From the NCBI GenBank assembly GCA_030141605.1, contig JAQGDQ010001936.1, forward strand, positions 1 to 20,245: a stretch of 20,245 nt of DNA, written 5' to 3'. The DNA comes from Tubiluchus corallicola. Its lineage: Eukaryota > Animalia > Priapulida. The translations under genes and the position numbers were made by a program. The first letter of the stretch is position 1. Each line of letters begins with the position of its first letter. Under the pieces are notes generated by a model. It was not told the DNA's origin and did not search any database. It worked only from the letters and a program-made list of their open reading frames with translations. Shown in pieces: positions 1 to 9,447 of the stretch.

Positions 1-355
1 TGTGATGTGGTGGAATGGTATGGTGTAGGTGGTGTGGTGTGGTGTGGTGCAGTGTGGTGTGCGGTGTGATGTGGTGGAGTATTATGGTGTGGGTGGTGTG
101 GTGTGCTGTGTGGGTGGTGCAGTGGTATGGTGTGGTGCAGTGTGGTGTGATATGGTGGAGTGGTATGGTGTGGGTGGTGTGGTGTGTAGGTGGTATGGTG
201 TGGTGCAGTGCAGTGTGGTGGTATTGTGTGGTGCAGTGTGGTGCGATGAGGTGGAGTGGTATGGTGTGGTGCAGTGTGGTGTGATGAGGTGGAGTGGTGT
301 GGTGTGGGTTGTGTGTTGATTTGTGCACAAAATTCTTTTTGTGGGGTTTGGCTAG
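1..355 (+). mobile_element. Helitron-like unit type B (5'-truncated by window): TGTGG-rich body ending in hairpin + CTAG
   Basis: GT-rich simple repeat, then CACAAAA-TTCT-TTTTGTG stem (326-343), 8 nt, CTAG (352-355); the last ~80 nt are identical to ~3441-3523. Confidence 0.6.
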
Positions 356-1153
356 TCTATATATTAATATTCTTGGTATATATATATATATATAAGATTC
401 GAGGCTACAGCCCGGACGAGGGCACCATTTGCGGCGATCTATATATCAAACGAAAGGTCTCGATCTAGTGTCGTCTCATTGGGGGTTTATTTTTCGAATG
501 GGGCCCACCGGGAGGAACGGGGGGCGAAAAACCTCCAAAAATGGCCATTTTTCGGCCGTTTTTTGCAAAAGTTATACGGCTGAGATGTAGAGAACGGGAA
601 CGGGCCGAGGGTGGTGCTGGGTATGGATAGATAGCCCGTTCAGCGATGGGTGTCATAGGCCTATTTAGAATTCGCGAGAGGGCCACGGCGCCCCGCAACG
701 GGCGTTTTCCCGGACCCAACTCGCGATTTTTTCGAAATTTTGACCAAACAGCCTGCGGGAAAAACGTTCTAGCGGCGCCCGGTGGGACTCTCGGAAGGAG
801 ATATACGGCTCATCAGAAAGAGGAAAAACAGGGCTACACGATGATGTGGGCTTTATGTTAGGGCAGGTCCACCGAGAGGAGTATCAACGAGTTAATTAGG
901 AGTTCCATTTTCGGCAATTTTCGCTTAGAAAACAGCTGACGCAATGCCATTGTTCTGACGTCATCCATTGTATTCTGTCTATAATCTTATAGCTTTAATT
1001 CAGCAAAAAGCTGCTACAGGCTTTGCGTTAGTTAAACAAACAGTAGGCATGATGTTACGGGCTTTGTGTTATAAATGAGGACTGTGTAGGATGTTCGCGT
1101 GTTATTGATTATAAGTGGTTTTTTACGCAAAATCTTTTGCGGGGCTTTGCTAG
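356..1153 (+). mobile_element. Non-autonomous Helitron-like unit type A, copy 1 (798 bp)
   Basis: Starts TCTATATATT directly after a CTAG; ends CGCAAAA-TC-TTTTGCG (1126-1141) + 8 nt + CTAG (1150-1153); CpG-rich; no Rep/helicase ORF. Confidence 0.7.
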
Positions 1154-1154
1154 T

Positions 1155-1957
1155 TCTATTATATTAATATTCTTGGTATCTTAATATATATATATATAAG
1201 ATTCGAGGCTACAGCTTCGACGAGGGCACCATTTGCGGCGATTTATACATCAAACGAAAGGTCTCGATCTAGTGTCGTCTCATTGATGGTTTATTTTTCG
1301 AATCGGGCCCACCGGGAGGAACGGGTGGCGAAAAACCTCCAAAAATGGCCATTTTTCGGCCGTTTTTTGCAAAAGTTATACGGCTGAGATGTAGAGAACG
1401 GGAACGGCCCGAGGGTGGTGCTGGGTATGGATAGATAGCCCGTTCAGCGGTGGGTGTCATAGGCCTATTTAGAATTCGCGAGAGGACCACGGCGCCCCGC
1501 AACGGGCGTTTTCCCGGACCCAACTCGCGATTTTTTCGAAATTTTGACCAAACAGCATGCGGAAAAAACGTTCTAGCGGCGCCTGGTGGGACTCTCGGAA
1601 GGAGATATATAGCTCTTTAGAAAGAGGAAGAACAGGGCTACACGATGATGTGGGCTATATGTTAGGGCAGGTCCACCGAGAGGAGTACTGGCGAGTTAAT
1701 TAGAGGTTCCATTTTCGGCAATTTTCGCTTAGAAAACTGCTGACGCAAAGGCATTGTTGTGACGTCATCCATTGTACTCTGTCTATAATCTTATAACTTT
1801 AATTCAGTAAAAGCTGCTACAGGCTTTGCGTTAGTTAAACAAACTGTAGGCATGATGTTACGGGCTTTGCGTTATAAATGTGGACTAGGTAGGATGTTCG
1901 CGTGTTATTGATTATACGTGGTTTTTTACGCAAAATCTTTTGCGGGGCCTTTGCTAG
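1155..1957 (+). mobile_element. Non-autonomous Helitron-like unit type A, copy 2
   Basis: Starts TCTATTATATT; collinear with copy 1; hairpin 1929-1944; CTAG 1954-1957. Confidence 0.7.
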
Positions 1958-2772
1958 TCTCTTATATTAATATTCTTGGTATATATATATATTTATTTAT
2001 ATATATATAAGATTCGAGGCTACAGCCCAGACGAGGGCACCATTTGCGGCGATCTATATATCAAACGAAAGGTCTCGATCTAGTGTCGTGCCATTGATGG
2101 TTTATTTTTCGAATGGGGCCCACCGGGAGAAGGGGGAGGCGAAAAACCTCCAAAAATGGCCCTTTTTCGGCCGTTTTTTGCAAAAGTTATACGGCTGAGA
2201 TGTAGAGAACGGGAACGGGCCGAGGGGGGTGCTGGGTATGGATAGATAGCCCGTTCAGCGGTGGGTGTAGTAGGCCTATTTAGAATTCCCGAGAGGGCCA
2301 GGGCGCCCCGCAACGGGCGTTTTCCCGGACCCAACTCGCGATTTTTTCGAAATTTTGACCAAACAGCATGCGGGAAAAACATTCTAGCGGCGCCCGGTGG
2401 GACTCTCGGAAGGAGATATACGGCTCTTTACAAAGAGGAAGGACAGGGCTACACGATGATGTGGGCTATATGTTAGGGCAGGTCCACCGAGAGGAGTACA
2501 CGCGAGTTAATTAGAAGTTCCATTTTCGGCAATTTTCGCTTAGAAAATTGCTGACGCAAAGGCATTGTTGTGACGTCATCCATTGTATTCTGTCTATAAT
2601 CTTATAACTTTAATTCAGCAAAACGCTGCCTGCTACGGGTTTGCGTTAGTTAAACAAACAGTAGGCACGATGTTACGGGCTTTGTGTAATAAATGAGGAC
2701 TAGGTAGGATGTTCGCGTATTATTGATTACACGTGTATTTATACGCAAAATCTTTTGCGGGGCCTTTGCTAT
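1958..2772 (+). mobile_element. Non-autonomous Helitron-like unit type A, copy 3 (terminus CTAT)
   Basis: Starts TCTCTTATATT; collinear with copies 1-2; hairpin 2744-2759; terminal CTAG altered to CTAT (2769-2772). Confidence 0.65.
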
Positions 2773-3522
2773 TTATTATATTATAGCACATAGTTTCAAC
2801 TTTGTGAAAAATGTTTGGAATGGTTTTGTTGTAATGCTGTGCTGTTGGTGCTTGTGCTATAGGTGTCGTCATCGTTGCCACCATCATCATCATCAACATC
2901 ATGATCACCATGTGAGGTGGTGGATTTGATGTGGTGTGGTGGTGGTGTGCTTTGTGTGTTGTGCTATGGATGGTGTGGTGGGGTGATAGGGTCTGTGGGG
3001 TGTGGTGTGGGTAGTGTGGTATGGAAATGGGTGGCGTGGTGTGTGGGTGTTGTGGTGCAGTGCAGTGTGATGTGGTGGAGTATTTTGGTGTGGGTGGTGT
3101 GGTGTGGTGTGTGGGTGGTGCAGTGCAGTTGTATGGTGTGGTGTGATGTGGTGGAGCCGTGTGGTGTGGTGTGTGGGTGGTGCGGTGTGCTGCAGTGGTA
3201 TGGTGTGGTGTGATGTGGTGGAGTGGTATGGTGTGGGTGGTGTGGTGTGTAGGTGGGTGGGCAGTGTGGTGTTATGGTGTGGTGCTGTGTGGTGTGATGT
3301 GGTGGAGTATTATGGTGTGGGTGGTGTGGTGAGGTGCGTGGGTGGTGCAGTGGTATGGTGTGGTGCAGTGTGGTGTGATGTGGTGAAGTGGTATGGTGTG
3401 GGTGGTGTGGTGTGTAGGTGGTATGGTGTGGTGCGGTGCGGTGTGGTGTGATGAGGTGGAGTGGTGTGGTGTGGGTTGTGTGTTGATTTGTGCACAAAAT
3501 TCTTTTTGTGGGGTTTGGCTAG
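2772..3522 (+). mobile_element. Helitron-like unit type B, full copy with (CAT)n and TGTGG-rich minisatellite
   Basis: Starts TTTATTATATTA (resembles the A-unit start); GT-rich array ~2910-3480; hairpin CACAAAA/TTTTGTG 3493-3510; CTAG 3519-3522 followed by T. Confidence 0.6.
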
Positions 3523-4319
3523 TATGTAATTATAGTTTTAAACAAACAAACTAATTTAAAGATAACCTTGATAAACTCTTAAACAAAAGATGCGGTGTTC
3601 TTAAGAATGGCCTAAATTGTTGCAGTTCAAGACAATGTAGATACTCGGCTTTCAAGCACGTGACAACAGACAACACGTACTGCAGTGAGCGACAGTACTC
3701 TTTCTACCTAAAGTACAGCGCCTTAACTCAGACACGTGCGCATGGCCGGCCGCATGCGCACAGCAGCTAAGAACCGCCTTGCTTGGGCTTTGAAGCAAAT
3801 TGACCCCCTCACGTGCTCCGGTTCCGTTTAAGTATAAAGAAAGAACGAAAGAAAAATACTTATTATATTGAATATTAACAATAATACCGGATAAAAACAG
3901 GGGGTGCTGCAGTACCACAGAACCTATACACGAGCCGCCACTGATCTTGATCCAACGATACAAGGTTAACCGAGACTTTGTATGATTTCTTTAACATATA
4001 TGGTAACTATGAATTACTGATGAATACTGTTAATTAGCAACTGCCGACCTTAATGAACTACATGCAAGCTGCTGATCTTAATGAACAACAGTGTGTTGTT
4101 TAGCATTATCATTAACCAAAGCAAAGCATTCTGTGAGCTGCTGTGTCATGAATGACAGCGTGTCACCAAACTGTTTTCACTTTTCACAAAGTTTCTTTGC
4201 ATACCGTAAATTGTTTGAAACAGAAACAAAATACATGTATTATGATGCATGCGAATGCCCTGTCATAACGACACAGCAATAAGCAATGCTAAAGGGAGGT
4301 TTGCATTTGTTTTCCATAG

Positions 4320-4505
4320 GTACATCTGTTTAGCATTTGCAAACGTCATCTGTAGAATCGTACACAATCATCGACCTGAGCCGAACGACGAACTCTACAA
4401 TGACGCCGTTGATCACATGATTAAATTGTTTCATAGCACCGGTGGGCCACTCACTCCACTGAATTATTTGCCATGGTTGCGCTATCTCCCAGGAGTAAGA
4501 CGCAG
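4320..4505 (+). CDS. Cytochrome P450 (CYP2 clan) copy 1, exon 3 (E-F helix region)
   Basis: ccatag|G acceptor; RYICLAFANVICRIV...NYLPWLRYLPGVRR; CAG|gtacaa donor; 186 nt, same length as the copy 2 exon. Confidence 0.88.
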
Positions 4506-4633
4506 GTACAACACTTTTCAATTCATTCATTCTTTATTCACGCCTAAGTATGCAGCCTTAATCTATCTAATTGTACGCAAATTTAGTTAAAAGGCATTTT
4601 TTGCTAAAAATTCACTTTTGTCGTTTTTTGCAG

Positions 4634-4809
4634 GGTAATGTCAATAAAACAGTCATGTCTGCAAATTAAAAATTATTTATTAACTCACATTAAGACACAC
4701 AATGACACGCACGATCATCATAGTCAATTTACTAAAGACTACATAGATGATTACATTCGCGAAAAGAAGGAAAGGCAAGAAAAGTTTGGCTCTGATGAAC
4801 CTTTTACCG
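4634..4809 (+). CDS. Cytochrome P450 copy 1, exon 4 (G-H helices)
   Basis: ttttgcag| acceptor; VMSIKQSCLQIKNYL...KDYIDDYIRE (CYP2-type DxID); G|gtaagc donor; phases join in frame. Confidence 0.88.
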
Positions 4810-5642
4810 GTAAGCGCTCTTCTAAATTTTACATTAAAACAATAAACGAATGTTCTAAGCAATAGTCCACTTTTGACCTATAGTCGTTCTACAACGTACG
4901 TTAATTATATCACTGCCAAACTAATGTCGAAATATTAGTCTAGAAACTTACTATAAGCATGTGTTATTCAAGAGCTACAGCGTACACGTAGACTATTTCA
5001 TTTTTGAGGCCTGGTACAAAAATTTGGTATCGTTTTCTTTTAGCCACTTTTCAAATCTCATTTTGAGCTTGGACCAAAATTTGATTCGTTTTACTTCAAC
5101 CGCTTTTCAGATCTATATACCTTTTTTATTATTAGAGGACTAGTTCAGTTTAGTTCAGTTCGAATTTCTTTAAAACTCTAAATCATCTTCTTCGTGATTT
5201 GATTTTAAACACATATAATCAGTGCGTTAAAGATTGTTTGGTATGTGTCATGGCGTCCTTTTCATATGCTTGCTCTCCCTAATTTAAGACTCAATGTTCA
5301 GTTCAGTATGATATGATGAGATGGTGTCTTTATGACAAAATGGATACTAGTAATCTGTGATATCAATTTGCTTAGTACTAATACACATGAGTTCGGATGA
5401 ACTAATTTGTCTTACTTATGAGTTGGTTTTGAACTTTACGTAACGTCGTGATAAGTTAATTATTTGGCTGGGAGAGTCATGAAGATTACATTACACAAGA
5501 ATTCAATACTTTGACTATGAAAATATTAAAAGTTTAGTGTTGTGAATTTTTAATAACTGCTGCCAAAATACTAAACGATTCGTTCTTTTACATTTGTATG
5601 TCAACCATGTAAGACTGATCAAATGACCATATTTTAATTTAG

Positions 5643-5860
5643 AAAATGAATTTCACAAGATTCTCTTTGACGTTCTTGGTGGTGGAACTGAAACTGGAAG
5701 CACAACTTTTACCTGGTTTATCGTGTTTCTTGTCTTAAGACCTGATCTACAGGAAAGGTTACAAGAGGAAATAGACAATGTTGTTGGAAAAAGCACAACG
5801 TTTGATTACCAGGATAGGAAGAAAATGCCATACGTGGAAGCATTTTGTTACGAAGCTCAG
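5643..5860 (+). CDS. Cytochrome P450 copy 1, exon 5 (I, J, K helices)
   Basis: tttag| acceptor; LFDVLGGGTETGSTT (I helix), PDLQERLQEEIDNVVG, MPYVEAFCYEAQ; CAG|gtaaga donor; not in the supplied ORF track. Confidence 0.93.
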
Positions 5861-6977
5861 GTAAGACTTGGCTAGAGTGCATTCCGTTTGTAATATTTTT
5901 TGACTTTGTCACAACTCCGACAAGAGATGCTACTATAACTGGCACTTTCAGGGTTTCATTTTCTGCAGTTTTTGTTTCTATCTCGTTTCTAGTTGGGTCA
6001 TCTTTAAAAGTTTCGCTTGACTGTGGAGAGCAAAGATTCGTTTCTCAGCGAATTCCGTTTCTATAAGTAAAAATATTAGGTCGATGCTCTTATAAAATGC
6101 AATTTTGTGAAGTTCAAATTCGAAACTTGTTGAAAAATTTGCCTTACTTTTTGATAATTTTCTTTTCAATGGTTTGGCCTGCAGTTAATACTGATGTCAA
6201 AGGGCACTGGCAGCCATTGTACAATGCACACTCTCTCTTTAAAGGAATTCCAGTTACCATAATCCAGAGGATTAAGTCCCCTTTTTGGGACCAAGCCTTT
6301 ATCAGTGCTTCATTGTCACTGGTGATGATCATGTTATTTTGCTTCCCTGTATTGAGTAGTTTTATACGTCATTTTATCGGCATTTAATTCTTTAACATCC
6401 AAAAGCTTTTTGCTCGTAGCTTACAAACTGCTAAACCAATAAACGTGAAAGTTTCATAATCTCTTAATTACTCACTCTTAATCTTGTTGTAGCCTAAATT
6501 TCGGCACATTTGTTCTATGCCACTCAGTACATGTAGAGGATAAAGCTGAGTCAGTTGCTACTACATCAGCTGACTCACACAGAAAATCAACTAGTTCAGT
6601 TGAGGTTGACTGACTTTTCAGCTGAGTTGGCTTAAGTAAATATTCAGCTAAGTCAGCTAAAGCTACGAATTTTTGTTAACTAAATAAATGATAAATTGTT
6701 AGTTAACTGTCAAATTATGGAGACAATTTTTATAATAATTCGTATTGCTTATACACAGAAAAAGCTGATGTACAAATTCAGATAATGCATTAGATATTAA
6801 TTTTTATTACTGTAAAAAAGTAATGGATTTATTGCAAGATATAATTTAAATACAACGCTTGGCGAGGCTTATCTTGATTACTGACGAATCAATACCAAAA
6901 TAATCCCATACATGTGACTAACGTTGCCTATTTGTACATTTAATTTTGAATTGACCAGTTTTCTTTTCTAGATATAT

Positions 6978-7058
6978 NNNNNNNNNNNNNNNNNNNNNNN
7001 NNNNNNNNNNNNNNNNNNNNNNNNNNNNNNNNNNNNNNNNNNNNNNNNNNNNNNNNNN
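6978..7058. other. Assembly gap (81 N) in intron 5 of copy 1
   Basis: Run of N preceded by ATATAT. Confidence 0.99.
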
Positions 7059-7472
7059 ATGACTTTTTCTATATAAAGAACATTTTCTGTTTGAAAGACT
7101 ATTGCATCCTTTATTTAAAACTGCTTGCTTCTTATACCAGTAGTAAATGTGTATGTAAGTTTTGCTCAAACGTGTAGGAAATGCTCTGATAGTAATCAAC
7201 TAGAAATCTACTATCAAATTAAAATGACTCAAAAATATCTCTCACGGATGAGGTATTAATATGACGTCTAATCACTGCTAGAGGGCAGGAAGCTCGATCA
7301 AAGTACCTTCAGGATGTATCCCAGTGTCACCTTCTACCACCTCACCTCCAGCAGTATCGTCTTTATGATATCTACTTCTCTTATTTTAATTTCTCGTTTC
7401 TAGCTTTCTACTTGTACTACTAATATTTTCATCATCTGGCCAGTTTCTAAAATACTGTTTTCTATGTTTCAG

Positions 7473-7698
7473 AGATTAGCTAATATCGGACTGTGTAACT
7501 TTCGTCGCATCGTATCAAAGGACATCACTCTGCATGGTTACAATATACCAGCAGGTAGCAGTATCTTCTGTAATCTTTACGCCTGCCATCTTGACCCTGA
7601 TTACTGGCCAGAACCCACGACTTTAAAACCCGAGCGCTGGCTTGATGAAAATGGAAAGTTCCAGATGAAATCTGAGTCATTTCTTGCATTTTTCATTG
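7473..7698 (+). CDS. Cytochrome P450 copy 1, exon 6 (ExxR arginine, meander)
   Basis: tttcag|AGA completes EAQR; GYNIPAGS, DPDYWPEPTTLKPERWLDENG, FLAFFI; G|gtaagt donor. Confidence 0.93.
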
Positions 7699-7908
7699 GT
7701 AAGTTATCTACACTGACGATAACAATAATAAAAACAACATCAACTACAGCTTAGACAGCGTTAGCACTATGAAGCAAAAACATCAAATACAACGAGAGAA
7801 TGGAAAGGTTTACAAGCTACTATGCTCAGCATCTGTCTCTCGATGATAACAGTAATTGTATGAAAAGGTAACTTGATTTTGTATCTAAATTTATGTAAGT
7901 ACCTAGCG

Positions 7909-7995
7909 GTAATGTAGGCCTCGTCTGAGCATGGCGGTAGGCTTAGTCTGAGCAGTGATGTAGGCCTAGCCTGAGTGGGGAAGTACGCCTATAGT
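7909..7995. repeat. Short degenerate ~23-bp tandem repeat
   Basis: About four GTAGGCCTAGTCTGAGC-like units. Confidence 0.5.
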
Positions 7996-8121
7996 TTGAC
8001 CTGACTTCCTAAATTCCTTCAGTGTAAACGGGATATTTTATTCATCGATTAGTATGTGTGACTCTGTTGTGTCTGGTACGTAACGTCACTGTATCATAAA
8101 CAATCTTTGGAGCTCTGCGAT

Positions 8122-8716
8122 TTGGCATACGTATGGCAGTGTTGTACATGTAACATATGTATGGCAGTGTTGTATATATGGCATACGTGTGACAGTGTTG
8201 TACATGTGACATATGTATGGCAGTATCGTACATATAGCATATGTATAGCAGTGTTGTACATATGGCATATGCACTGCAGTGTCGTACATACGACACACAT
8301 ATTGTAATGTTATATATATGGCATACGTGCGGCAGTGTTGTACATATAGCATATGCACAGCGGTGTCATACATATGGCAGTGTTGTACATATAGCATATG
8401 CACAGCGGTGTCATACATATGGCATAGGTATGGCAGTGTTGTACACATAGCATATGCACAGCAGTGTCATACATATGGCATAGGTATGGCAGTGTTGTAC
8501 ATATAGCATATGCACAGTGGTGTTGTACATATGGCATACATATGGTAATGTTATATTTATGGCATACATATGGCAGTGTTGTACATAAGGCGTACGCACA
8601 GCAGTGTTGTACATATGGCATACGCACGGCAGTGTCATACATGTGGCATACGAAATGTGAAGACAAAACATTTCGCTTCAGTGTGCAGGCATACGCCATA
8701 TGTACAACACTGCCAT
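8122..8716. repeat. ~28-bp minisatellite (TATGGCAGTGTTGTACATATGGCATACG) with one inverted terminal unit
   Basis: Degenerate direct units 8122-8652; inverted unit 8690-8716; source of the many C/H/Y/M-rich spurious ORFs. Confidence 0.85.
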
Positions 8717-8795
8717 TGTGCAATTAATATTAATTGTTCCAATTCTTGTCTTTCACGGTGCGTACTAGCTAATTTTCACGCCAAATAATTTGCAA

Positions 8796-9012
8796 GTGTA
8801 TTCAGACTAGAGAGCAAAAATTGCTGCAAATTACTCTCACACATTAACTTGTCTACTCACTGCAAGAAACTCACTGAAGCGTTCACACATGACAGTATGT
8901 CACATGAAATGAACTCGCAGCAACTGTCGGAGAATTTGCAATACTTGCCGATAGTAACTCACAAAGCAGTTCACACTGCTGCCAGTGAGAAAACTCGCTA
9001 GTCTGAATGCGC
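8796..9012. mobile_element. MITE-like element (~217 bp), possibly PIF/Harbinger-type
   Basis: Terminal inverted repeats GTGTATTCAGACTAGAGAG (8796-8814) vs reverse complement GCGCATTCAGACTAGCGAG (9012-8994), 16/19 identical; no clean TSD. Confidence 0.55.
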
Positions 9013-9093
9013 CATTAGATTTTTCCACATTATTACAAACCCACGTACACTTTGCAAAAGAAAATGATTAGAATTGTTACTTATGTTTCACAG

Positions 9094-9284
9094 GTCGAAG
9101 AGACTGTATTGGAAAGCCTCTTGGGAAAATGGAGCTATTCTTTTTCACTGTGCTTTTACTTCAACGCTTCAATCTTAAACTTCCAGATGGTGATCACGTG
9201 AACAGAAATGATTATATTTTTGGCATGACGTTTCGTCCAAAACCATTTAGAATAATTGCAGTGCCACGACAGCAAGTTTTGTAG
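9094..9284 (+). CDS. Cytochrome P450 copy 1, last exon (heme-binding Cys, stop)
   Basis: tttcacag|GT completes FFIGRRDCIG (FxxGxRxCxG); KMELFFFTVLLLQRF...RPKPFRIIAVPRQQVL-TAG (9282-9284). Confidence 0.93.
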
Positions 9285-9431
9285 ATATTTCAGCAAGTTA
9301 TATATGCAATCAAGTTTTAAATTGATGATTTTGCCAAACTTTACTAATTACAGTTTAGCAGAAAGTAGATTAATTAGTAGAAACTGCTATCTAATAATTA
9401 GTTTGATGAAACTGAACTTTGTAGTTCAGGG

Positions 9432-9447
9432 AATAAAAAATAATAAA
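9432..9447 (+). promoter_or_regulatory. Candidate polyadenylation signals of P450 copy 1
   Basis: AATAAA at 9432 and 9442, ~150 nt after the stop codon; AT-rich context makes chance matches possible. Confidence 0.4.

Noticed and set aside
1-310. Telomere
   Set aside because: Irregular TGTGG rather than TTAGG/TTAGGG; internal and bounded by the same hairpin-CTAG end twice
465-2476. Repeated 71-100 aa ORFs in the A units
   Set aside because: Alternative start codons, GC-rich low-stop sequence, no recognisable domain; no Rep/helicase motifs
356-2772. rDNA/5S or tRNA tandem array
   Set aside because: No recognisable rRNA, tRNA or snRNA sequence in the unit
1-3497. W/C/V/G-rich and H/T/P-rich ORFs
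   Set aside because: Translations of the TGTGG simple repeat in several frames; no coding signature
5718-6066. ORFs overlapping exon 5 on the minus strand or in another frame (also 17950-18295)
   Set aside because: Shadow ORFs of the real P450 exon, conserved only because the DNA is duplicated
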